Position numbers and translations under genes: made by a program. Of a stretch of 64,000 nt of DNA, positions 21,761-29,008 are shown piece by piece. Numbering within the stretch: position 1 is the first letter of the stretch; every line of letters begins with the position of its first letter. The DNA is from Patescibacteria group bacterium (GTDB lineage: Bacteria > Patescibacteriota > Patescibacteriia > 2-12-FULL-60-25): positions 62,558 to 126,557 of the forward strand of contig JBAZWV010000001.1 of the NCBI GenBank assembly GCA_041660225.1, in the 5' to 3' direction. The notes under the pieces were generated by a model, which did not search any database, was not told the DNA's origin, and saw nothing but the letters and a program-made list of their open reading frames with translations.

Positions 21761-24196
21761 ATGATCAATCTTCCAGTACGAAAAAGAATTATTGTTCCCC
21801 TTGTTCTGTTGGTGGGTGTTTTTGGGTTCGCATTGATCGCATCCGTTCAGACGACGCCCGCTCCGCTCGTGGAAGGATCCCTCGTGCTCACACAGGGAGA
21901 TCCTCGCGTCTACTTCATCCAAAACGGCAAGCGACGCTGGATCGTTTCGGAAGAGGCATTCCGCGCGCAATTCTTCCAGTGGTCCGAGATCATATCCGTG
22001 GAATCGCAACGGCTGGCGATGTATCCGGAAGGAGAAGTGATTCACGCCTCTCCTTCGCTGGGACGTGTGCCCGCCCAGAGTCTGTTGCCGGATCTCGCTC
22101 CCACAGCTCCATATGATCTTCGTTTCGCGGTAGAAAACGGACGGACGCGTTTGCGCTTCACGGCAACGTTTTGGAATCGCGGCAAGGGAGCAATGGAATT
22201 GAATGCGAGCGCAGAAGCTAACGCCGCTGATGGCGCCTATGATGCCAGTCAGCGCATCTTCCAGCCGGACGGCACATTCGTTGATAAACCGGTTGGCACA
22301 CTGTTCTGGCACGGCGTACATGCGCACTATCACTACAATGATTTTGGAATCTATAAGCTAGAAATGATTGGTTCTGCGGCTGTGAGCGCACCCATCCAGC
22401 CCGTAGTCACACAAAAGACGACCTTTTGTCTGCGTGATGATCTCGCGATTGGTGCACCGTCGGAGGGCGCCAAACAGGCCGCAAAATACAACGGATGTCA
22501 CGGACATAAACAGGGCGTATCGGTGGGATGGGCGGATGTCTATCCATACACGCTTGCGGATCAATTTTTGGATGTAACGGATCTTCCGGCGGGAACATAT
22601 CGTCTTTCCTTTTCCGTTGATCCGCAATCGCATTTTTCGGAAATGACACGAAGCAACAATGAGAGCTTCACGATTCTCCAACTTGATCCCGCCAAGCGCA
22701 CGATGCAGATCATCGCCGTAGCCTCGGCCTACGAATCGCCGAACAACCGTTATGCTGACGGGATGCTCGTACGTGCAGAGGGTGAGAATCGTATCTATGT
22801 TATCCGCGGCAACAAGAAGCGATGGATTCCGAATGAACAGACCTTCAATGCATACGGATTTTCTTGGGGATCCATCTACACATTCCCGAAAGGCGTGATT
22901 GATGCGATTCCGTCTGAACGGTTAATCAAAGTAACGGGGCAGGGAACGCTCTATTTCGTGAACAACGCGGGATATAAACGCCGCGTGTTGAATCCAGACG
23001 TCTTGCGCTCGTACAACTTGAGCGGAGTTAACGTCACAGAAATCAATCAAATGGAGTTCGATGCAATTCCGTCTTCGGATCTCATCATGAAATCAGGTGA
23101 CACGCGGGTCTACTCGATCGGTTCGCGATCCTTCGTCGGTACATTCGAAAAATTGGTGTTGCTTGGTCTTGATCCGACCTCCGTGCATACCGTGAACAAC
23201 ACGGACTTCAGCGCGTATGCCGTGAGCGTTGTCACGACAGGTCTCAATGTGCCGTGGGACATCGTGTTCCTCCCCGACGGGGATATGCTCGTGACGGAGC
23301 GATCGGGAACGGTCCGTCGTCTCGGCAAGCAACCGGCGACGATTACGATTCCGTCCGTGAAGACGATCGGCGAAGGCGGACTCATGGGTCTCGCACTCCA
23401 CCCGAACTTTGCGCAGAACCAATTCGTCTATCTCTATTTCACGAGCTCAGAAAACGGAACGGAAAATAAAATCACACGCTTCAAATTGAATGGGACGAGT
23501 TTAATCGAAGATAAAACCATCATTGATGGCATTCCGGCGGCGATCTACCACGACGGCGGTCAGATCACCTTCGGTCCGGACGGCATGCTCTACGTCACCA
23601 TTGGAGACGCGAATACTTCGGAGACGGCGCAGAATCTTGGATCGCTCGCTGGAAAAACTCTGCGACTCACACCGGACGGCGGAATTCCGTCAGACAATCC
23701 GTTTGGCAGCGCGGTGTGGTCATACGGACATCGAAATGCGCAGGGAATCACGTGGGACGCGCAGGGACGCATGTGGCAAACGGAGCATGGTCGATCCGGC
23801 GCACTGTCAGGTCTTGATGAACTGAACATGATCGAAAAAGGAAAAAACTACGGCTGGCCGACAATTCAGGGAGATGCCGCTCGTGAAGGGATGGTCCGTC
23901 CGGTCCGCCATTCAGGCGAAAACGTTACCTGGGCGCCATCGGGAATTGCGTATGTGAACGGAAGCGTGTACTTCGCGGGACTCAAAGGCGCCTCGCTCTA
24001 CCAAGCACGGATCGCAGAGAATGGGACGATTTCGGAGTTTAAAACACATATAAGTGGCGTTTATGGGCGATTGCGCGCGGTTGTTCTCGGCCCGGATGGC
24101 GCTCTCTACATCACAACCTCGAATCGTGACGGGCGTGGCGTTCCGAAAACAGGAGATGACAAGGTCCTCCGCGTTCATCCTGACTTCTTGCCTTAA
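21761..24196 (+). CDS. secreted multidomain protein: lysyl-oxidase-like domain + ~45-aa repeats + PQQ-dependent sugar (glucose/sorbosone) dehydrogenase beta-propeller
   Basis: LOX-like blocks are LRFTATFWNRGKG, FWHGVHAHYHYNDFGIYKL, QKTTFCLRDD and GVSVGWADVYPYTLADQFLDVTDLPAGTYRLSFSVDP. The C-terminal blocks GLNVPWDIVFLPDGDMLVTERSG, HDGGQITFGPDGMLYVTIGD and GHRNAQGITWD match soluble PQQ dehydrogenases. Confidence 0.85.
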   Translation: MINLPVRKRIIVPLVLLVGVFGFALIASVQTTPAPLVEGSLVLTQGDPRVYFIQNGKRRWIVSEEAFRAQFFQWSEIISVESQRLAMYPEGEVIHASPSLGRVPAQSLLPDLAPTAPYDLRFAVENGRTRLRFTATFWNRGKGAMELNASAEANAADGAYDASQRIFQPDGTFVDKPVGTLFWHGVHAHYHYNDFGIYKLEMIGSAAVSAPIQPVVTQKTTFCLRDDLAIGAPSEGAKQAAKYNGCHGHKQGVSVGWADVYPYTLADQFLDVTDLPAGTYRLSFSVDPQSHFSEMTRSNNESFTILQLDPAKRTMQIIAVASAYESPNNRYADGMLVRAEGENRIYVIRGNKKRWIPNEQTFNAYGFSWGSIYTFPKGVIDAIPSERLIKVTGQGTLYFVNNAGYKRRVLNPDVLRSYNLSGVNVTEINQMEFDAIPSSDLIMKSGDTRVYSIGSRSFVGTFEKLVLLGLDPTSVHTVNNTDFSAYAVSVVTTGLNVPWDIVFLPDGDMLVTERSGTVRRLGKQPATITIPSVKTIGEGGLMGLALHPNFAQNQFVYLYFTSSENGTENKITRFKLNGTSLIEDKTIIDGIPAAIYHDGGQITFGPDGMLYVTIGDANTSETAQNLGSLAGKTLRLTPDGGIPSDNPFGSAVWSYGHRNAQGITWDAQGRMWQTEHGRSGALSGLDELNMIEKGKNYGWPTIQGDAAREGMVRPVRHSGENVTWAPSGIAYVNGSVYFAGLKGASLYQARIAENGTISEFKTHISGVYGRLRAVVLGPDGALYITTSNRDGRGVPKTGDDKVLRVHPDFLP

Positions 24197-24273
24197 AAAG
24201 AGCCTGCCATTGCAAAAATAGACGGAATACGCTAGGCTGTATTCATTATCTATTTAGCTTGGTTCGTATCCAT

Positions 24274-24474
24274 ATGCAGGGAAAAATTCGCAGCAAGAAC
24301 GATGAGAAGGGTTTTGGCTTTATCACGGTTGAAGGCCAGGAAAAGGACACCTTTTTCCACAAGTCCGCTTTGGTGGGCATGACCTTCGAGGAAATCCAAC
24401 TCGACGACATGGTCTCCTTCGACACGGAAGACTCTGAAAAGGGACCCCGCGCCGTCAACGTTCAGCGCGCCTAA
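24274..24474 (+). CDS. csp: cold-shock protein (CspA family)
   Basis: It has the KGFGFI (RNP-1) and FFH (RNP-2) motifs and is 66 aa from ATG 24274. Confidence 0.9.
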   Translation: MQGKIRSKNDEKGFGFITVEGQEKDTFFHKSALVGMTFEEIQLDDMVSFDTEDSEKGPRAVNVQRA

Positions 24475-24491
24475 TCGAAAGAAATGGCAGA

Positions 24492-24521
24492 AAAACGCTC
24501 CGATACAACTCGGAGCGTTTT
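24492..24521 (+). terminator. rho-independent terminator
   Basis: Stem aacgctccg (24494-24502) pairs with cggagcgtt (24511-24519), followed by TTT. Confidence 0.7.
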
Positions 24522-24574
24522 GATATCCCGCATCTTGCCTTATTGCTTTTTTTCTGCTTTAATAGCGGCTCTTT

Positions 24575-26035
24575 ATGGCGAACGATCAGCACGGGAACGT
24601 CATCATCCGCTTCAGCGCGGTGTCATTTGGATATGACGAGGATCATCCGATTTTGGACGAAGCTGATTTTTCGGTCCGCGAGAACGCCAAAGTCACGGTC
24701 ATGGGTCAGAACGGGGCAGGGAAGAGCACGATCTTCAAACTGATCACCGGCGGACTCAAACCGCAGGAAGGCGGCGTTCACGTCCGCGCGGGCGCGACGA
24801 TCGGGACCGGATTACAAGTCATGCCGCGTGATCGCATGGATGACACGGTGTCTGAATTCTTCGCACACGCTTTTCCGGAGATCCAATACGATTTGGATAA
24901 ACGCATCAAAAACGTTCTTGAAACGGTGAATCTGGATGCTCCTCTCGATAAACAGATCAAATCTTTTTCGGGCGGACAACAGGCACGCCTCTTGCTCGCG
25001 TACGCATTGATTCAGGAACCGGACATCCTCCTTCTTGATGAACCGACGAACAATTTGGACAAAGCGGGGATCGAACATCTGACCGGATTTTTGATGATGT
25101 ATCCGAAAACCGTTCTCGTGATTTCGCACGATGCGGATTTTTTGAACGCCTTTACCGAAGGCGTGCTGCATCTTGATGTCTTTACCGGCAAAGTCGAACA
25201 GTACGTCGGAAACTACTACAACGTCGTTGAAGAAATCGCCGCTCGTGTTGAGCGCGATCGCATGAAGAACGCGCGTCTCTTGAAAGACATTCAGGATCGC
25301 AAAGACAAAGTGAACTTCTTTGCAAACAAAGGAGGAAAGATGCGTAAACTTGCGAGCAAACTCCGTGAGCAGGTTGAAGAGGCGGAAGATGACATGGTCG
25401 ACGTTCGTCGTGATGACAAGACGATTCGCGATTTTACGATTCCTACACAAGACCTGACGGAAGCGATTTTGATGCTGACCTCCGTCGGGATCGTGAAGAA
25501 TCACAAAGCGACACGCAAACCCGTGGATATCAAGTTGTGGAAGAAACAACGTCTCCTGATTTCGGGTCCGAACGGAATCGGAAAGACGACCTTGCTTCGC
25601 AACCTCGCAGAAGGAACGGAGGAAGGCGCGAAGATTACGGAGGGCGTACACGTCGGGTATTACCGCCAGGATTTTTCGGGATTGGATTACGACGCGACCG
25701 CGTACGAATCGCTTGAGCAAGTGATGGAAATGAAAAATAACGAACGACTCCGTTCCGTTGCAGCCGAATTTTTACTGACATCGGATCTTCTCAAGAACAA
25801 GGTCGGATCGCTTTCGGAAGGACAGAAGGGTCTGCTCTGTTTTGCGCGCTTCGTGCTCCAGGCTCCTGGCCTCCTCATCCTCGATGAACCGACCAACCAC
25901 ATCAACTTCCGTCACCTCCCCGTTATCGCGAAAGCCCTCGAAGCCTACCAAGGCGGTCTCATCCTCGTGAGTCACGCGCCGGAGTTCGTGAAAGAAATTC
26001 GCTTCGACGAGACGCTCGACCTCGGAACGTTGTAG
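24575..26035 (+). CDS. ABC-F family ATPase (two ABC cassettes, no TM domain)
   Basis: Walker A appears twice (GQNGAGKST, GPNGIGKTT). Signature motifs are SGGQQARL and SEGQKGLL. Walker B is LLLDEPTN and LILDEPTN. Confidence 0.9.
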   Translation: MANDQHGNVIIRFSAVSFGYDEDHPILDEADFSVRENAKVTVMGQNGAGKSTIFKLITGGLKPQEGGVHVRAGATIGTGLQVMPRDRMDDTVSEFFAHAFPEIQYDLDKRIKNVLETVNLDAPLDKQIKSFSGGQQARLLLAYALIQEPDILLLDEPTNNLDKAGIEHLTGFLMMYPKTVLVISHDADFLNAFTEGVLHLDVFTGKVEQYVGNYYNVVEEIAARVERDRMKNARLLKDIQDRKDKVNFFANKGGKMRKLASKLREQVEEAEDDMVDVRRDDKTIRDFTIPTQDLTEAILMLTSVGIVKNHKATRKPVDIKLWKKQRLLISGPNGIGKTTLLRNLAEGTEEGAKITEGVHVGYYRQDFSGLDYDATAYESLEQVMEMKNNERLRSVAAEFLLTSDLLKNKVGSLSEGQKGLLCFARFVLQAPGLLILDEPTNHINFRHLPVIAKALEAYQGGLILVSHAPEFVKEIRFDETLDLGTL

Positions 26036-26045
26036 AATACGAAGC

Positions 26046-26603
26046 ATGAAACGCTGTCCTTGGGTCCTTTCCGCTGATCCCTTGTTCGAGGCGTATCATG
26101 ACGAAGAGTGGGGCGTACCGGTCCACAATGATCGGAAGATCTACGAATTTCTTGTGCTTGAAACGTTTCAGGCAGGACTCTCATGGAGGACGATTCTGCA
26201 TAAACGAAAGAATTTCAAAAAAGCATTTGCGAATTTTGATTATAAAAAAGTTGCGCGATTTGATGCGAAGGACGTGAAGCGTCTGCTCGGAGATGCGGGG
26301 ATCATTCGCAATCGTCAGAAGATTGCAGCGGCGATTAATAACGCGAAACGATTCATGGAAGTCCAAAAAGAATTCGGAACATTTTCAACGTATATGTGGT
26401 CGTGGGTGAAGGGAAAAACGATCCGGCACACGCTCAAAACGGCAAAAGACTTTCCTGTCCATATTCCGGAAGCAGTCGCGTGGTCGAAAGATCTCAAGAA
26501 ACGGGGATTCTCGTTTCTCGGTCCGACGGTCGTCTATGCACACATGCAAGCGGTCGGAATGGTGAACGATCACGTCACAACCTGCTCGTCACGAAATCGA
26601 TAA
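26046..26603 (+). CDS. tag: DNA-3-methyladenine glycosylase I
   Basis: YHDEEWGVPVHNDRKIYEFLVLETFQAGLSWRTIL is the Tag signature. The C-terminus is MQAVGMVNDH. Confidence 0.92.
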   Translation: MKRCPWVLSADPLFEAYHDEEWGVPVHNDRKIYEFLVLETFQAGLSWRTILHKRKNFKKAFANFDYKKVARFDAKDVKRLLGDAGIIRNRQKIAAAINNAKRFMEVQKEFGTFSTYMWSWVKGKTIRHTLKTAKDFPVHIPEAVAWSKDLKKRGFSFLGPTVVYAHMQAVGMVNDHVTTCSSRNR

Positions 26604-27225
26604 TATTTTTCAGGAACTGTCCGAAATCAAATCCACGTGGCGCTGTAAAAAGGACCGTTGGTGTTCCATTCGCTTCTTTGCTCTTCGCATTGAAGTCGTG
26701 GAGTGCGTTCATCACTGAATCGTAGGAGTAGCTTTTCCGCTCTCGTCCCGGATCATTCATCGTGAATTCTTTTTTTTCGTCATCATATCCCGTGAGCACG
26801 GCAACATGATACGAATCTCCCAGCGGGGTTTCGCCGTACATCTTGAACATATTGATCAAGATGATGACGGGACGTTTTTTATCAAGCTCGCGCGTAATCT
26901 CTTTCAAAGACGGATTGCGCTTTATCGTTGTGCGAAAGGAGCCTTCGTGATCAATCAGCCGTTTGATTTCTTTCGCATCCGTATCCTGATTTTTCTTGAG
27001 CGCACTGTTTTCCCACGCGATCATCGTTTCCATTCTTCGTTTTGAATCATCGACCCAGATAGAATCATTTTTCGAATAATATCCCTCGACCATTGTCACG
27101 CTGGCTTCTTCGCACGCCTCGCTCCACGGTAATTCCCAAACTCCATCCGGAACTTGCGAAACATACGGCACCGGAAGAATGATGACCGCAAGAAGAAATC
27201 CGGAAAGCGAAGATGGCATTTTCAT
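26575..27225 (-). CDS. secreted C39-like (papain-fold) peptidase domain protein
   Basis: A signal peptide (MKMPSSLSGFLLAVIILP) is followed by VPYVSQVPDG...WSEACEEASVTMV, which resembles Peptidase_C39_2. The 3' end overlaps tag by 29 bp. The start is taken at the signal peptide; the ORF extends to 27297. Confidence 0.6.
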   Translation of the reverse strand: MKMPSSLSGFLLAVIILPVPYVSQVPDGVWELPWSEACEEASVTMVEGYYSKNDSIWVDDSKRRMETMIAWENSALKKNQDTDAKEIKRLIDHEGSFRTTIKRNPSLKEITRELDKKRPVIILINMFKMYGETPLGDSYHVAVLTGYDDEKKEFTMNDPGRERKSYSYDSVMNALHDFNAKSKEANGTPTVLFTAPRGFDFGQFLKNIIDFVTSRL

Positions 27226-27311
27226 CTTTTTACCATAGCCTCTTTGTAGCTTTTTCTCCATGAGACGGTATAGTGTCATCAGGAGAGGACTATTCATTAA
27301 CCTGCTGCATT

Positions 27312-28064
27312 ATGAACAATAACCGAATGATCGCGATCGTTGTGATCGTCCTCGCCCTTTTTGGCATTGGAGGTTTGTACGCGTTCAATCAATCGTCGAA
27401 AACGGAGAACGCGAATACGCCGACCAATCAGGCACCGAATCCGACACCGAGTACTCCGAATCCAACAACGACTCCGCCGGTCACACCGCCCGCGACAACG
27501 CCGACATCGACAGAAGGAGGAGATATCACGACACCGACATCGACGGTTTCGATCTGGGAAAAATATACTCGTGCCACGGAGTACTTTCTCAAATATCCTC
27601 CGTATCTCGTGCTTCAGACCGGAAGCGATTTGGCAGGTGGGTTCTTCGACATTGGATCGACCCAGGTAAAACTTCGGTTCCCGCAAGATTACTTTAAGAA
27701 AGACAATTCAAACTTCGTCGAGTCATATCTTGTTGTTAGCCGCAACACGATAGATACGGACCGGCTTGCGAGCTCGCAGTGCACTTCTTTCTCCGACATC
27801 GATAACAAAATGAACGATAAAGCCGCAAAAAAAGTTATCAACGGCGTGAGCTGGTACATGCAACATGTGGAAGAACCGGCTGCTGGGAATCGTTACTACA
27901 GTGACATCTACCGGACGGTTCGAGACAATTATTGCTATGAAGTCGCGATCACTGTTCATACGGGCGTGAAGGAAAACTACGAGCCGATGGTGCATGAGTT
28001 CAATAAAACCAAAGCAATCAATGTGCTTGAGAAGGTTTTGGGAACGTTCACGTTCTTTAAGTAA
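27312..28064 (+). CDS. hypothetical secreted/membrane-anchored protein with Thr/Pro-rich linker
   Basis: A TM anchor (MIAIVVIVLALFGIGG) is followed by the linker NPTPSTPNPTTTPPVTPPATTPTST and a globular domain with no family I recognise. Confidence 0.55.
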   Translation: MNNNRMIAIVVIVLALFGIGGLYAFNQSSKTENANTPTNQAPNPTPSTPNPTTTPPVTPPATTPTSTEGGDITTPTSTVSIWEKYTRATEYFLKYPPYLVLQTGSDLAGGFFDIGSTQVKLRFPQDYFKKDNSNFVESYLVVSRNTIDTDRLASSQCTSFSDIDNKMNDKAAKKVINGVSWYMQHVEEPAAGNRYYSDIYRTVRDNYCYEVAITVHTGVKENYEPMVHEFNKTKAINVLEKVLGTFTFFK

Positions 28065-28563
28065 TCTCGACGATTCCGTACATCACGTCGCCGCGATCTG
28101 TTGAGATCGTAACGGCATCACCGACCTTGTGGTGGAGAAGTGCGGAGCCGAGAGGCGAAACATGAGAGATCCGGCCTTTGGTCGGATCTGTTTCGTGCGG
28201 ACCGACGATGCGATAGGTTTTCTGTTTTCCCTCGATACTCACGACAACCGTTGAACCCAGGCGAACATTCTCGGACGCTCCTTCTTCGATGAGGATGACG
28301 CGCTTCAATCGTTCTTTGATTCCAAAAATGCGTCCGTCGGTTCGCGCAAGCCGCGCCTTGGATTCCGTATACTCCGCGTTCTCGGAGAGATCGCCCATCG
28401 CGATCGCGCGCGTCAGGTCCGCGACGGTGTTCGGACGTTCCGCTTCAAGCTGCGCGAGTGTCCGTTTCAGATTCTCAACACCACGCGGCGTCAAATACAC
28501 TGCTCCCGTATCGTCTTGGGCTTGTTGGCGAAGCATTTGCGACCGGCGCTTGGGGAGTTGCAT
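28057..28563 (-). CDS. greA: transcription elongation factor GreA
   Basis: Blocks GDLSENAEYTESKARL, RIFGIKERLKRV and the C-terminal SHVSPLGSALLHHKVGD match GreA. The chosen start is ATG at 28563. Confidence 0.9.
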   Translation of the reverse strand: MQLPKRRSQMLRQQAQDDTGAVYLTPRGVENLKRTLAQLEAERPNTVADLTRAIAMGDLSENAEYTESKARLARTDGRIFGIKERLKRVILIEEGASENVRLGSTVVVSIEGKQKTYRIVGPHETDPTKGRISHVSPLGSALLHHKVGDAVTISTDRGDVMYGIVEIT

Positions 28564-28622
28564 GTCCGCATGGTAGCGGAGTCTAGAAGTAGGGGCAATC
28601 AACGTTTTGGGATCAAAAAAAT

Positions 28623-28650
28623 ATTTTATCCACACGTTTTATCTTGACAA
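28623..28650 (-). promoter_or_regulatory. possible sigma-70 promoter of greA
   Basis: On the minus strand, TTGTCA (28650-28645), a 16-nt spacer and TAAAAT (28628-28623) lie about 55 nt upstream of the greA ATG. Confidence 0.4.
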
Positions 28651-29008
28651 AACCAAAAAAATATGGAAAGCTGATCATGCAACGGAGCAAAGAGGCTAAA
28701 CCTCTAAGCGCCGACAAACGTTTCGTAAAAGCAACCTGACAGACCATCGGGCTCACGACCAAGGAGGGGTCACCTCCAAGGAAGACTGAAACGAAACAAA
28801 CCAGACCTGGAAGAAGCCGAAGCCGGTGCACAGGCGCGAAGGCGTCCAAAACCGTTCGCGAGCTGAAAACAGGAAAGAAATCATCGATCTTTGTCGAAAG
28901 ATGAAGAAATGCGTAACCGCGATGAGACTGTGATCCTTTTCAATGAGGCGCAGTGCAGGTAAACTGAAAGATGGTGGACGTGGCCACGTCCACCATCAAA
29001 CCAACTTG
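28651..29008 (+). ncRNA. candidate structured leader / ncRNA associated with the downstream reverse transcriptase (function unknown)
   Basis: This is the longest non-coding tract in the window. It has no credible ORF, is purine-rich on the + strand and keeps a host-like GC next to an AT-rich RT gene. Local hairpins lie at 28691-28705, 28763-28777, 28835-28860 and 28887-28902, and a 28-bp palindrome lies at 28969-28996. Strand and ends are not determined. Confidence 0.35.
28969..28996. repeat. perfect 28-bp palindrome (gatggtggacgtgg|ccacgtccaccatc)
   Basis: I read it directly. The 14-nt arms are exact reverse complements. It ends 12 nt before ATG 29009. Confidence 0.95.

Noticed and set aside
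28644-28649. + strand TTGACA as the promoter of the RT/leader
   Set aside because: No acceptable -10 hexamer lies at 16-18 nt (TATGGA is only 12 nt away). The hexamer mirrors the minus-strand TTGTCA, which pairs well with TAAAAT as a greA promoter.
28613-28849. Minus-strand 78-aa ORF as a protein-coding gene
   Set aside because: It has a TTG start, low-complexity hydrophobic/Arg-rich composition and no RBS. It runs through the predicted greA promoter. The open frame is explained by the purine-rich + strand.
28700-28880. Housekeeping RNA (SRP RNA, RNase P RNA, tmRNA) hiding in the leader
   Set aside because: ccagaccuggaagaagccgaagcc superficially resembles SRP helix 8 (..gguccGGAAggaagcagcc), but the base pairs closing the tetraloop do not form and the AGCA element is missing. 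acagaccaucgggcu resembles the RNase P P4 3' strand, but it precedes the only GGAAAG-like element (wrong order) and no GAGGAAAGUCC is present. There is no tmRNA-like 5' GGGG...or a T-arm/CCA end. An Infernal scan would settle this.
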